Sequence record: MZ234035.1
Length of the DNA: 64,000 nt
Strand: one strand, 5' to 3'
From: Escherichia phage vB_EcoM-G3F7
Shown: one piece after another, positions 9,014 to 18,863 of the stretch
Position numbering within the stretch: position 1 is the first letter of the stretch
Layout of the letters: every line of letters starts with the position of its first letter
Translations under genes and position numbers: made by a program
Notes under the pieces: model-generated
Told to the model about the DNA's origin: nothing
What the model saw: the letters and a program-made list of their open reading frames with translations, nothing else
Databases searched by the model: none

Positions 9014-10827
9014 CAATTGAAAAAGAAATTGAAGGATTGATTCATAAAACTAATAAAGACCTTTTAAACGAGAATGCTAATAAAGATTCTCGTGTTTTTC
9101 CAACTCAACGGGACCTTATGGCTGGTATTGTGTCTAAACACATTGCCAAAAATATGGTCCCGTCTTTTATTATGAAAGCGCATGAAAGCGGAATTATTCA
9201 TTTCCATGATATTGATTATTCCCCTGCTCTTCCATTTACTAATTGTTGTTTAGTAGATTTAAAAGGAATGCTTGAAAACGGATTTAAGCTTGGTAATGCA
9301 CAGATTGAAACTCCTAAATCAATTGGCGTTGCTACTGCAATTATGGCGCAAATTACTGCACAGGTTGCTTCTCACCAATACGGCGGAACGACTTTTGCTA
9401 ATGTAGATAAAGTACTTTCTCCTTATGTTAAACGCACCTATGCAAAACATATTGAGGATGCAGAAAAATGGCAAATCGCTGATGCGTTAAATTATGCTCA
9501 ATCTAAAACAGAAAAAGATGTATACGATGCATTCCAAGCTTATGAATATGAAGTAAATACTCTCTTTAGTTCAAACGGACAGACTCCTTTTGTAACAATT
9601 ACATTTGGTACGGGAACTGACTGGACTGAACGAATGATTCAGAAAGCAATTCTGAAAAATCGTATTAAAGGTCTCGGTCGTGATGGGATAACTCCTATTT
9701 TCCCTAAGCTTGTTATGTTCGTTGAAGAAGGCGTTAATCTTTATAAAGACGATCCGAACTATGATATTAAGCAGCTTGCTTTAGAGTGTGCAAGCAAAAG
9801 GATGTATCCTGATATTATTTCAGCTAAGAACAATAAAGCTATCACCGGCTCATCTATTCCTGTTTCTCCAATGGGTTGCCGCAGTTTCTTGAGCGCGTGG
9901 AAAGATTCAACCGGTAATGAAATTCTTGATGGACGTAATAATCTTGGTGTTGTAACACTGAATCTTCCTCGTATTGCGTTGGATTCTTATATTGGAACAC
10001 AGTTCAATGAACAGAAATTTACTGAATTGTTCAATGAGCGAATGGATTTATGTTTTGAAGCTTTGATGTGTAGAATTAGTTCCTTAAAAGGAGTTAAAGC
10101 GACTGTTGCTCCTATTCTTTACCAAGAAGGTGCATTCGGGGTTCGTCTTAAACCTGATGACGACATAATTGAGTTATTTAAAAACGGTAGAAGTTCAGTG
10201 TCTTTAGGATACATTGGTATTCATGAATTGAATATTCTTGTCGGTCGTGATATTGGACAAGAAATTTTAACTAAAATGAATGCTCGTCTTAAACAGTGGG
10301 CTGAAAGAACTGGGTTTGCTTTTAGTTTGTATTCGACTCCTGCTGAAAACCTTTGTTATCGCTTCTGTAAACTTGATACAGAAAAATATGGAAGTGTAAA
10401 AGATGTTACCGATAAAGGATGGTACACTAACAGTTTCCATGTTTCAGTAGAAGAAAATATTACTCCGTTTGAAAAGATTTCTCGCGAAGCCCCATATCAT
10501 TTCATTGCGACAGGTGGTCACATTTCTTATGTTGAACTTCCTGATATGAAAAATAACCTAAAAGGTCTTGAGGCTGTCTGGGATTATGCTGCACAACATT
10601 TAGATTATTTTGGTGTTAATATGCCAGTAGATAAGTGTTTTACATGCGGAAGTACCCATGAAATGACTCCTACTGAAAACGGATTTGTTTGTTCTATTTG
10701 TGGAGAAACTGATCCTAAAAAGATGAACACAATAAGAAGAACATGCGGCTATCTTGGAACTCCTAGCGTTGTTCCATGGAATTTAGGTAAAATGAAAGAA
10801 ATGGTAAAACGAGTAAAACATGCATAG
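9010..10827 (+). CDS. nrdD: anaerobic ribonucleoside-triphosphate reductase NrdD
   Basis: 605 aa uninterrupted; C-terminal glycyl-radical motif RRTCGYLG and CxxC...CxxC zinc ribbon. Confidence 0.92.
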   Translation: MTIEKEIEGLIHKTNKDLLNENANKDSRVFPTQRDLMAGIVSKHIAKNMVPSFIMKAHESGIIHFHDIDYSPALPFTNCCLVDLKGMLENGFKLGNAQIETPKSIGVATAIMAQITAQVASHQYGGTTFANVDKVLSPYVKRTYAKHIEDAEKWQIADALNYAQSKTEKDVYDAFQAYEYEVNTLFSSNGQTPFVTITFGTGTDWTERMIQKAILKNRIKGLGRDGITPIFPKLVMFVEEGVNLYKDDPNYDIKQLALECASKRMYPDIISAKNNKAITGSSIPVSPMGCRSFLSAWKDSTGNEILDGRNNLGVVTLNLPRIALDSYIGTQFNEQKFTELFNERMDLCFEALMCRISSLKGVKATVAPILYQEGAFGVRLKPDDDIIELFKNGRSSVSLGYIGIHELNILVGRDIGQEILTKMNARLKQWAERTGFAFSLYSTPAENLCYRFCKLDTEKYGSVKDVTDKGWYTNSFHVSVEENITPFEKISREAPYHFIATGGHISYVELPDMKNNLKGLEAVWDYAAQHLDYFGVNMPVDKCFTCGSTHEMTPTENGFVCSICGETDPKKMNTIRRTCGYLGTPSVVPWNLGKMKEMVKRVKHA

Positions 10828-11650
10828 GTATTATATAATTTATAAAATAACAAATATAATTAATTCAAAGGAATATATCGGTGCGCATAGCACCGATAAC
10901 ATAAATGACGGTTATATGGGGTCAGGAACATTGATTCGTGCCGCTTTATTAAAATATGGTAGAAAAAATTTTAATAAAGAAATTTTACATGTTTTTGATA
11001 ATGAAAAACAAATGTATGATAAAGAAGCTGAACTTGTAACCGAAGAGTATTGTCTAAAAGAAAATACATATAATATTAAACCTGGTGGAAAAGGTGGAAC
11101 TGCTTATGAACAGACACTTGAACATCGCCACAAAAATAGTTTAGCAAATAAAGGTAAAAAGAAAACAGCAGAAACTAAAATAGCTATTTCACGTGCTTTA
11201 AAGAAATATAAACGTACACCAGAGCATCAAGCAAATTTAAATAAAGCTGTAAGCATAGCTATGAAGCGAAAAGATGTTAGAAGTAAATTAGTTGGAGAGC
11301 GGTCTGAGAAAGATAAATTATCTATATCAAACGGTGTTAAAAAATATTACAATTCTTTGAGCGAAGAAGAACGCGAACTTCATCGCAAGCGAATTATTGA
11401 AGGTAAAAAGAATTCTCCCATGTCATTGGAATCTAGACAAAAGCTTTCAAAAGCTTTAAAAGGACTTCAAGTTGGTTCAAAAAATCCAATGTATGGAAAA
11501 ATTTCTCCAACTAGTAAAACCGTTTCAGTTGACGGTATTAAATATGATTCAATTAAAAAGTGCTCAAATGCCATAAAAGTTTCTAGACATCTTATACTGA
11601 AACGCTGTAATTCTACTGATGAAGCTTGGAAAAATTGGATATTATTATGA
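10820..11650 (+). CDS. free-standing GIY-YIG homing endonuclease (Seg-like)
   Basis: 276 aa; N-terminal IIY...(10 aa)...YIG motif; basic C-terminal half; overlaps nrdD stop and nrdG start. Confidence 0.8.
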   Translation: MHRYYIIYKITNIINSKEYIGAHSTDNINDGYMGSGTLIRAALLKYGRKNFNKEILHVFDNEKQMYDKEAELVTEEYCLKENTYNIKPGGKGGTAYEQTLEHRHKNSLANKGKKKTAETKIAISRALKKYKRTPEHQANLNKAVSIAMKRKDVRSKLVGERSEKDKLSISNGVKKYYNSLSEEERELHRKRIIEGKKNSPMSLESRQKLSKALKGLQVGSKNPMYGKISPTSKTVSVDGIKYDSIKKCSNAIKVSRHLILKRCNSTDEAWKNWILL

Positions 11651-12118
11651 ACTATGACAGAATATACCCGTGCTGCTTTGTGAATGGTCCTGGATGCAGG
11701 ACCGTTCTTTTCGTTACAGGTTGTTTGCATAAATGCGAAGGGTGTTATAATAAATCAACATGGAATGCTAGAAATGGTATTCCATTCACTGGTGAAACAC
11801 TAGAACAATTAATTGAATGTTTGAATAATGATTATATAGAAGGATTAACTATAACCGGAGGTGACCCTCTTTATCCTGATAACAGAGACGTGATTCATTG
11901 CATCGTTCAAACAGTAAAAAAATCTTTATCCCAATAAAAGCATTTGGTTGTGGACAGGATATAAGTTTGAAGATATTAAACAACTAGAAATGCTTAAATA
12001 TGTTGATGTTATTATTGATGGAAAGTATGAGAAAAATCTTCCGACTAAAAAGCTGTGGCGAGGATCAGATAATCAGCGACTTTGGTCAAATACCTATGGG
12101 GTGTGGAAACATGATTAA
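11647..12118 (+). CDS. nrdG: anaerobic RNR activating protein NrdG, apparent +1 frameshift
   Basis: Radical-SAM CxxxCxxC (GCLHKCEGC) part stops at 11935-11937; conserved C-terminal part continues in +1 frame to 12118. Confidence 0.8.
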
Positions 12119-12238
12119 ATTGAATTATATTATATTATGGATACTATAAATGATATGATTTTTCATTTTGGTCCAGAATTTTATTCCCAATATAGTTTAG
12201 TGCTTATCAATGCTTGGTTAATTAATTAAGGGTAAAAT

Positions 12239-12454
12239 ATGTATAAATTTCGTAAAGGTTTAGCTGATTTTCTTACAACTGTAACATTCTTTCTGTTTAT
12301 GGCAGTTGGAGCTATTTTCCTTATTCCTTTTATTGCTATATTTTTCGTGATTAGTTTAATTTCTCCAGAAAAGGGCTTATCTTCTAGTGAGTTTAATGAG
12401 CGTCTGGATAAAATTACTAACAAGCTGAATGCTGTTCTTGATAAAAAGGCTTAA
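12239..12454 (+). CDS. hypothetical membrane protein
   Basis: 71-aa ORF with one long hydrophobic helix. Confidence 0.45.
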   Translation: MYKFRKGLADFLTTVTFFLFMAVGAIFLIPFIAIFFVISLISPEKGLSSSEFNERLDKITNKLNAVLDKKA

Positions 12455-12456
12455 TT

Positions 12457-12768
12457 ATGATTAGTTTTGAGCGGTATGTAGTAGAGAGTTGGAATGGTTT
12501 TGATATGTTCGGTAATGACTATTATTTCTATGAATGTAGTCTGAACCCAAGCTTCTGGGCTGGACGTGAACAAGACCTCGAAGAAATCAACGCTCGTGCC
12601 GATTTGTTAGGTGAACTGCCTACTACTTATTTCACCTTTGATGAATCCGGCTTCGTTATCCAGGTTTATTTTCCTGAAGAAAACTCTGGTGAGGATTCTG
12701 TTAATCCTCCTTATTGGGCTTACCAAGGAATTATTTCTCGTGGAACAAAACTCGAACTTAAAGAATAA
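12457..12768 (+). CDS. hypothetical protein
   Basis: 103-aa ORF, acidic. Confidence 0.5.
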   Translation: MISFERYVVESWNGFDMFGNDYYFYECSLNPSFWAGREQDLEEINARADLLGELPTTYFTFDESGFVIQVYFPEENSGEDSVNPPYWAYQGIISRGTKLELKE

Positions 12769-13063
12769 GATTGAAGTCTATGGAATTCCAGATGAAGTAG
12801 GTCGTTGTCCTGGATGTCAATCAGTTACAAAACTTCTAAAGGAGCTCAATGCTCCTTTTACTTTCTATAAAGTTCTTACAAATAATGGTAAGATTGAGTA
12901 TGATCGTCCACTGATTGTATCTCTTGCTAAACGCGCTGGATTCACATCTCTTAGCATTCGTTATCCAGTCATTTTCATTAATGATTCTAGACAAAAGAAC
13001 ATTAAACACTTCAAAGAAACTCTCATTTCACTTGGATATGATAGAGATATCATAGAAGACTAA
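12740..13063 (+). CDS. nrdH: glutaredoxin-like protein NrdH
   Basis: CPGC redox motif; start uncertain (GTG 12740 after AAGGA, no in-frame ATG near N-terminus). Confidence 0.55.
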   Translation: MEQNSNLKNKIEVYGIPDEVGRCPGCQSVTKLLKELNAPFTFYKVLTNNGKIEYDRPLIVSLAKRAGFTSLSIRYPVIFINDSRQKNIKHFKETLISLGYDRDIIED

Positions 13064-13066
13064 GAC

Positions 13067-13090
13067 GGGCCCTCTGGGCCTTTCTTTCTC
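13067..13090 (+). terminator. intrinsic terminator after nrdH
   Basis: GGCCC-TCT-GGGCC hairpin followed by TTTCTTTCTC. Confidence 0.55.
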
Positions 13091-13160
13091 ACATTCTGTA
13101 TATTACCATTCTAAGCTATCGTTCCCTTCTTATCATTCCCTAAAATAATTTCACAAAGTT

Positions 13161-13190
13161 GTTTACAACAAGTTCAAACTGTGGTATTAT
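13161..13190 (+). promoter_or_regulatory. T4-type early promoter
   Basis: GTTTAC, 18-nt spacer, TATTAT; A/T-rich upstream element. Confidence 0.6.
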
Positions 13191-13220
13191 TAACATATGA
13201 ATTGCCTTTGAGGATTTGAT

Positions 13221-13403
13221 ATGGTTGTGGTTGATAAAGAGATTAAAAAGGGACAATATTATTTTATTAATGGTAATGTTGTTCGTGTTACTTATGTAAA
13301 CGGTTTTGAAGTTTATTATCTTATACTCAAGTTACATAAACAGATGATTTGTGATCGTGCTGTATTTAGTTCAGTTGCTAAGGAAATTAAACTCCATGGG
13401 TAA
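13221..13403 (+). CDS. hypothetical protein
   Basis: 60-aa ORF downstream of early promoter 13161-13190. Confidence 0.35.
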   Translation: MVVVDKEIKKGQYYFINGNVVRVTYVNGFEVYYLILKLHKQMICDRAVFSSVAKEIKLHG

Positions 13404-13689
13404 AACGTATCGTCGTAAAGATTTAAAAGTACGTGATTATGACTATTTCGGAAAGCGTAAAGCTCCTGATGGTGTAAGTCATAAAGATATGGTTGAAAAC
13501 ATTTTTCGCTCTGATAAATGGCGTAGAATGAAAGGCATTGATTCAGAAGTTAAAGATGAGCTAAATCGTCAATTACGTAGTGAAGTAAGAAAGTTGAAAA
13601 AATCAGTTTACATTGACGATGATTTTGATTACAATACTTCTCAACGAGTTGCTAAGCGCAAATCAAACGAGTGTTATCGTTATAGCTGA
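13396..13689 (+). CDS. hypothetical basic protein
   Basis: ATG at 13396; about 97 aa, Arg/Lys-rich. Confidence 0.45.
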   Translation: MGKTYRRKDLKVRDYDYFGKRKAPDGVSHKDMVENIFRSDKWRRMKGIDSEVKDELNRQLRSEVRKLKKSVYIDDDFDYNTSQRVAKRKSNECYRYS

Positions 13690-13828
13690 GGAAAATATGA
13701 ATATCAAACGCATGCTTTTTAAGCAAGGGCTATATACTTTAAATGCTACTCCAAAAGGAGATACAACTAAGTGGTTAGTAAATGACTGGATTAAATTTAT
13801 TGATGAAAATGGTAATTGGGAAATTTAA

Positions 13829-14029
13829 ATGAATCCTGAATCTAAATTATCGCAGCGAATTGCTGAAGAACGCGCCAAATTTTTCCAGAACATGAAACAC
13901 AATGGTATTGAGGATGAAGTTTTTCTAAATTGGTTCTGGAATAATAAGTATGCAGCATGCGAAGGAGCTTTGTCATTGTCAGTCGCAATGATGTACGAAG
14001 GCTGGAAGGGTGCCAAAAAGTTTAGCTAA
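13829..14029 (+). CDS. hypothetical protein
   Basis: 66-aa ORF ending at terminator hairpin 14029-14047. Confidence 0.45.
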   Translation: MNPESKLSQRIAEERAKFFQNMKHNGIEDEVFLNWFWNNKYAACEGALSLSVAMMYEGWKGAKKFS

Positions 14030-14047
14030 GGGCTTCGGCCCTTTTTG
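14029..14047 (+). terminator. intrinsic terminator (UUCG tetraloop)
   Basis: AGGGC-TTCG-GCCCT followed by TTTTT. Confidence 0.7.
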
Positions 14048-14081
14048 GATAATAAAATTTTAATGCAATTGAGGATAATGT

Positions 14082-14408
14082 ATGACTATTCAAATTAAAA
14101 ACGCCATCAATTCTTACGCATATGATAAAGTAGTTTCTCTGCTAGAAAAAGGCGATATTGTAACTCCTCAAATTTTGGATAAATGGGAAAAAGAGCTTCA
14201 TCAGACGATGAAACAGAATGATCAGAAGATTGGACGCAATACTGTCCGTGAATTGTTGGTTCAATATATCTTGTCAGAATTTGATGTTAAAGCTTTTGGT
14301 GTAGAATCTAAAGCTTATCAAAAGCATGAAATTTCCGATAAAACTATTCGTCGTATGAAAAATCAACGCAAGAAAAAATTTGCAGACCTGAAAATTACTA
14401 AGGTATAA
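14082..14408 (+). CDS. hypothetical protein
   Basis: 108-aa ORF with RBS. Confidence 0.5.
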   Translation: MTIQIKNAINSYAYDKVVSLLEKGDIVTPQILDKWEKELHQTMKQNDQKIGRNTVRELLVQYILSEFDVKAFGVESKAYQKHEISDKTIRRMKNQRKKKFADLKITKV

Positions 14409-14410
14409 TT

Positions 14411-14626
14411 ATGAACGAAGCTCTTATTAACGATTTGCGTCTTGCCGGATATGAAGTAAATACAAATGGCATTGGTTTAACTCAAATTGAAGGAAACGGA
14501 TTCATCCTTGAGTATGAATTTAGCCAATGGTGGTTATATGCCAATTACGGCGAATTGATTGAATATGTTGACCAATTTGATTCACTAGATGCAGCTCTTG
14601 AAGCGGCTAAGTTGATGAATGTATGA
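14411..14626 (+). CDS. hypothetical protein
   Basis: 71-aa ORF. Confidence 0.5.
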   Translation: MNEALINDLRLAGYEVNTNGIGLTQIEGNGFILEYEFSQWWLYANYGELIEYVDQFDSLDAALEAAKLMNV

Positions 14627-14892
14627 AATTAATTAATATTTCTATTGCTATTGAAAATTTTGGTATTTTCTATGTTGACCAATACATGAAAATTTCATTT
14701 TTCCCAAATAAAACTGGTGTTGGATATTGGGAAAGCCATGTTTCTGAATTAAATGAAAGTGAATATGTTAGTACACATAAAAAGTTTTTAGACTTTTTAT
14801 ATCGCGCTGATATTAATGATCATTACATAGATATTCATGAATTTAAAAAGATGATGGAGAAAGTGTTCCAAGCATACTGCTTACTTAGATAA
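14623..14892 (+). CDS. hypothetical protein
   Basis: 89-aa ORF; ATGA overlap with upstream ORF. Confidence 0.5.
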   Translation: MKLINISIAIENFGIFYVDQYMKISFFPNKTGVGYWESHVSELNESEYVSTHKKFLDFLYRADINDHYIDIHEFKKMMEKVFQAYCLLR

Positions 14893-14970
14893 CTGATATC
14901 CTCTATGCTTTAAGATAGATCTTCAAATATTATGATATAATAGATCTATGAATTGAGCTAAGAGGTGAAA

Positions 14971-15528
14971 ATGTCAGAAACTAAGCCTAAATATAATTAC
15001 GTAAACAATAAAGAGCTTTTACAAGCTATTATTGATTGGAAAACAGAATTAGCAAATAATAAAGACCCAAATAAAGTAGTTCGTCAGAATGATACTATCG
15101 GATTAGCCATTATGCTTATTGCAGAAGGCTTATCTAAACGTTTCAACTTTTCAGGATACACCCAGTCTTGGAAACAAGAAATGATTGCAGATGGTATAGA
15201 AGCTTCTATTAAGGGGCTTCACAATTTTGATGAAACGAAATATAAAAACCCACATGCGTATATAACTCAAGCTTGTTTTAATGCATTTGTCCAACGTATT
15301 AAAAAAGAACGTAAGGAAGTTGCAAAGAAATATAGTTACTTCGTTCACAATGTCTATGACAGTCGTGACGACGATATGGTTGCGTTAGTAGATGAAACTT
15401 TTATTCAAGACATCTACGATAAAATGACGCATTACGAAGAATCAACCTATAGAACACCGGGGGCTGAAAAGAAAAGTGTTGTAGACGATTCTCCTAGTTT
15501 GGATTTTTTATATGAGGCTAACGATTAA
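14971..15528 (+). CDS. 55: late-transcription sigma factor gp55
   Basis: 185 aa from ATG 14971 ([23 protein letters not shown]...), matches T4 gp55 as recalled. Confidence 0.9.
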
Positions 15529-15730
15529 CCTCTCCGGATTCTTGGAAGAAATACCTGAAGTTGAAGCTATTCCCTATTTACTTAAAATGTATCTCAGGGA
15601 AGTTTTAGCTCTTGACATTGATATTGATCCAGAAAATCCGTATGATACCGCTTTTAAATCTAATGGTGTAGAATTAAACTATCGGTATCATTTAACAGAT
15701 GATGATTTTTATTTTATATTAGAGAAATAA
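15512..15730 (+). CDS. hypothetical protein
   Basis: 72-aa ORF overlapping gp55 3' end. Confidence 0.45.
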
Positions 15731-15731
15731 T

Positions 15732-16049
15732 ATGACTGATAAACCCGAAATTAATGATGAAGTGGAAAAGCTTATTTCTTCTATTGAAGAAAAGAACCGT
15801 CTTGAAGCAGAAAGAAAAGCAAATAAGTTATTGTCTAAAAACAAACGCGAACTGAATCGTCTTTATAAGCACGCTCAGATCGCAGCTGAAAACAATAATT
15901 TTGCTCAATACGAATATGCTATCAAGAAAAGTCGGGATATTCTGAAACAGCCATATAACGATGAACTCATCAGTATTCTTTGGAAGACTACTAGATCGCA
16001 GATTGAGGATATGATTGATGCTTACACACGTAAAATTCAAGCGTCTTAA
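15732..16049 (+). CDS. hypothetical protein
   Basis: 105-aa ORF. Confidence 0.5.
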   Translation: MTDKPEINDEVEKLISSIEEKNRLEAERKANKLLSKNKRELNRLYKHAQIAAENNNFAQYEYAIKKSRDILKQPYNDELISILWKTTRSQIEDMIDAYTRKIQAS

Positions 16050-16221
16050 AATTAATGCAGGATTTACTGAATCTTTGAATGGTCATCTTTGTGTGAAAAT
16101 TTCTGAAAAAGAATACCATGATAGTTCAATTAAAGAAGTTAATCCTCCTATTGTAAGAGCAGACCCCAATATGAAAGTGTGGGTTGATTCTTATCAAGTC
16201 AAAAAATGGTGGCAGTTATGA
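16015..16221 (+). CDS. hypothetical protein
   Basis: 68-aa ORF. Confidence 0.4.
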   Translation: MMLTHVKFKRLKINAGFTESLNGHLCVKISEKEYHDSSIKEVNPPIVRADPNMKVWVDSYQVKKWWQL

Positions 16222-16396
16222 AAGATGAACACCCAGACTTCTGAAATAGATTATAATAAAATTCGTTCCTCTAAAGAGGAAATGATGAGACGCTTTAAAG
16301 AGTCTCATGATAAAGCTAAAGCAGAAGGAACTATAAAATATAAGCGCATAAAATTTAAAAGTTCTAACGAGCCTCTGTATGGCGTATTATGTGGAT

Positions 16397-16420
16397 AGGA
16401 GCTTCGGCTCCTATATTGCT
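16397..16420 (+). terminator. terminator-like hairpin
   Basis: AGGAGC-TTCG-GCTCCT; weak T-run. Confidence 0.45.
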
Positions 16421-16440
16421 TTATAAATTTTTGGTAAAAT
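16416..16440 (+). promoter_or_regulatory. MotA-box middle promoter upstream of agt
   Basis: TTGCTTTA box, 11-nt spacer, TAAAAT. Confidence 0.5.
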
Positions 16441-16464
16441 AAACCAAAACAAAGAGGATATTAA

Positions 16465-17667
16465 ATGAAAGTATGTATTTTTATGGCTCGAGGTCTTGAA
16501 GGTTGCGGTGTAACTAAATTTTCTCTTGAGCAGCGTGATTGGTTTATTAAAAATGGTCATGAAGTAACTTTGGTTTATGCTAAAGATAAATCATTTACTC
16601 GTAATTGTGCGCATGATTATAAATCATTTTCAATTCCGGTTTTATTAGCAAAAGAATACGATAAAACACTTAAGCTGGTAAATGATTGTGATATTCTAAT
16701 TATCAATTCAGTTCCTGCTACTTCGGTTGAAGAAGACACTATTAATAACTATAAAAAAATTATTGATAACATTAAACCTTCTGTTCGTGTTGTAGTTTAT
16801 CAACATGACCATTCTTCTCTTTCTTTGCGCCGAAATTTGGGATTAGAAGAAACTGTTCGTCGAGCTGATGTTATTTTTAGCCATTCTGATAATGGTGATT
16901 TTAATAAAGTTCTGATGAAAGAATGGTATCCTGAAACAGTTTCTCTGTTTGATGATATTGAAGAAGCACCGACAGTATATAACTTTCAGCCTCCTATGGA
17001 TATTGCGAAGGTTCGGTCAACCTACTGGAAAGATGTTTCTGAAATTAACATGAATATCAACCGTTGGATTGGTCGTACGACTACATGGAAAGGTTTTTAT
17101 CAGATGTTTGATTTTCATGAAAAACATCTTAAACCTGCAGGACTAAGTACTATTATGGAAGGTCTGGAACGTTCTCCAGCGTTCATTCCTATTAAAGAAA
17201 AAGGAATTCCATACGAGTATTATCGTCTTCATCAAGTAGACCAAATTAAAATTGCTCCTAATTTGCCAACGCAAATTCTTGACCGTTATGTAAATAGCGA
17301 AATGCTTGAACGCATGAGTAAATCCGGATTTGGTTATCAGCTGAGTAAGTTGGACAAAAAATATCTACAACGTTCTTTAGAATATACTCATCTCGAGCTT
17401 GGTGCATGTGGAACAATTCCTGTTTTCTGGAAATCTACTGGCGAAAATTTAAAATTCCGTGTTGATAATACTCCTTTGACCTCACATGATAGCGGTATCA
17501 TTTGGTTTGATGAAAATGACATGGAATCAACATTCGAGCGTATTAAAGAATTGTCATCTGACCGAGCTCTTTATGACCGTGAGCGAGAAAAAGCATATGA
17601 ATTTTTGTATCAGCATCAAGATTCAAGCTTCTGTTTTAAAGAACAGTTTGACATTATTACAAAATAA
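16465..17667 (+). CDS. agt: DNA alpha-glucosyltransferase
   Basis: 400 aa; N-terminus MKVCIFMARGLEGCGVTKF...; length matches T4 alpha-gt. Confidence 0.85.
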   Translation: MKVCIFMARGLEGCGVTKFSLEQRDWFIKNGHEVTLVYAKDKSFTRNCAHDYKSFSIPVLLAKEYDKTLKLVNDCDILIINSVPATSVEEDTINNYKKIIDNIKPSVRVVVYQHDHSSLSLRRNLGLEETVRRADVIFSHSDNGDFNKVLMKEWYPETVSLFDDIEEAPTVYNFQPPMDIAKVRSTYWKDVSEINMNINRWIGRTTTWKGFYQMFDFHEKHLKPAGLSTIMEGLERSPAFIPIKEKGIPYEYYRLHQVDQIKIAPNLPTQILDRYVNSEMLERMSKSGFGYQLSKLDKKYLQRSLEYTHLELGACGTIPVFWKSTGENLKFRVDNTPLTSHDSGIIWFDENDMESTFERIKELSSDRALYDREREKAYEFLYQHQDSSFCFKEQFDIITK

Positions 17668-17690
17668 AGGGCTTCGGCCCTTTAGCTTTA
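17668..17690 (+). terminator. intrinsic terminator after agt
   Basis: AGGGC-TTCG-GCCCT followed by TTAGCTTT. Confidence 0.6.
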
Positions 17691-17709
17691 TACGGAGTTT
17701 GATATAATG
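17684..17709 (+). promoter_or_regulatory. MotA-box-like middle promoter upstream of gene 47
   Basis: AGCTTTA box, 12-nt spacer, TATAAT. Confidence 0.45.
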
Positions 17710-17843
17710 ATATTTCTTGGATATGTGATACTTTTTCTTGCATTTTATCTATTCACTAGAGCATGTTGGATTGGGTTCTTTAGCACTCCAGATGGATTTA
17801 TTTCAATAATTTTATTTTGCATTTCAATGACGGTTCTTGATAT

Positions 17844-18863
17844 ATGAAAATTTTAAATTTAGGTGATTGGCATTTAGGCGTTAAAGCCGATGATGAGTGG
17901 GTTCAATCTATTCAGTTGGATGGAATTAAACAAGCAATAGAATATTCTAAGAAAAATGGAATTACTACATGGATTCAATATGGCGATATTTTTGATGTGC
18001 GAAAAGCAATCACACATAAAACTATGGAGTTCGCCCGTGAAATAGTTCAAATGCTTGATGATGCTGGTATTACCCTACATACTGTTGTAGGAAACCATGA
18101 TATGCACTTTAAAAATACTTTAACCCCAAATGCTTCTACTGAGCTTTTGGCTAAATATCCTAATGTTAAAGTATATGATAAGCCTACTACAGTAGATTTT
18201 GACGGATGTTTGATTGATTTAATTCCTTGGATGTGTGAAGAAAATACTGGTGAAATTCTTGAGCATATCAAAACTTCATCTGCTTCTTTTTGTGTTGGTC
18301 ACTGGGAACTGAATGGATTTTATTTTTATAAAGGAATGAAATCTCATGGTCTTGAACCTGATTTCCTTAAGACTTATAAAGAGGTGTGGTCTGGTCACTT
18401 CCATACTATTTCTGAGGCTGCTAACGTCAGATATATTGGGACACCATGGACACTAACTGCAGGTGACGAGAATGACCCTCGTGGGTTCTGGATGTTTGAC
18501 ACAGAAACAGAACGAATGGAATTTATTCCAAACAATACTACCTGGCATCGTAGAATTCATTATCCATTTAAAGGAAAAATTGACTATAAAGATTTTACAA
18601 ATCTATCAGTACGTGTTATAGTAACTGAAGTAGACAAAAATCTGACGAAGTTCGAATCTGAACTAGAAAAAGTTGTGCATTCATTACGAGTTGTGTCAAA
18701 GATTGATAACTCTGTCGAGTCAGATGACAGTGAAGAAGTTGAAGTTCAATCTCTTCAGACGTTGATGGAAGAGTATATTAATGCAATTCCAGACATCACT
18801 GATTCTGACCGTGAAGCACTTATTCAATATGCAAATCAGCTATATGTAGAGGCAACACAATGA
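17844..18863 (+). CDS. 47: recombination nuclease subunit gp47 (Mre11-like)
   Basis: 339 aa; phosphoesterase motifs GDWH, GDIFD, GNHD. Confidence 0.9.
   Translation: MKILNLGDWHLGVKADDEWVQSIQLDGIKQAIEYSKKNGITTWIQYGDIFDVRKAITHKTMEFAREIVQMLDDAGITLHTVVGNHDMHFKNTLTPNASTELLAKYPNVKVYDKPTTVDFDGCLIDLIPWMCEENTGEILEHIKTSSASFCVGHWELNGFYFYKGMKSHGLEPDFLKTYKEVWSGHFHTISEAANVRYIGTPWTLTAGDENDPRGFWMFDTETERMEFIPNNTTWHRRIHYPFKGKIDYKDFTNLSVRVIVTEVDKNLTKFESELEKVVHSLRVVSKIDNSVESDDSEEVEVQSLQTLMEEYINAIPDITDSDREALIQYANQLYVEATQ

Noticed and set aside
9010-10827. Possible group I intron in nrdD
   Set aside because: nrdD is one uninterrupted 605-codon ORF with the glycyl-radical motif intact; the endonuclease gene lies after the stop, not inside the gene.
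12611-12739. N-terminal extension of the nrdH ORF back to ATG 12611
   Set aside because: The extension overlaps ORF 12457-12768 in another frame and is low-complexity hydrophobic; the redox domain begins near 12740-12780.
17486-17707. Plus-strand ORF overlapping the 3' end of agt (and similar internal ORFs 19536-19799, 25904-26095, 27116-27301, 29623-29823, 37403-37615)
   Set aside because: Out-of-frame overlaps inside conserved genes with no RBS; judged spurious.
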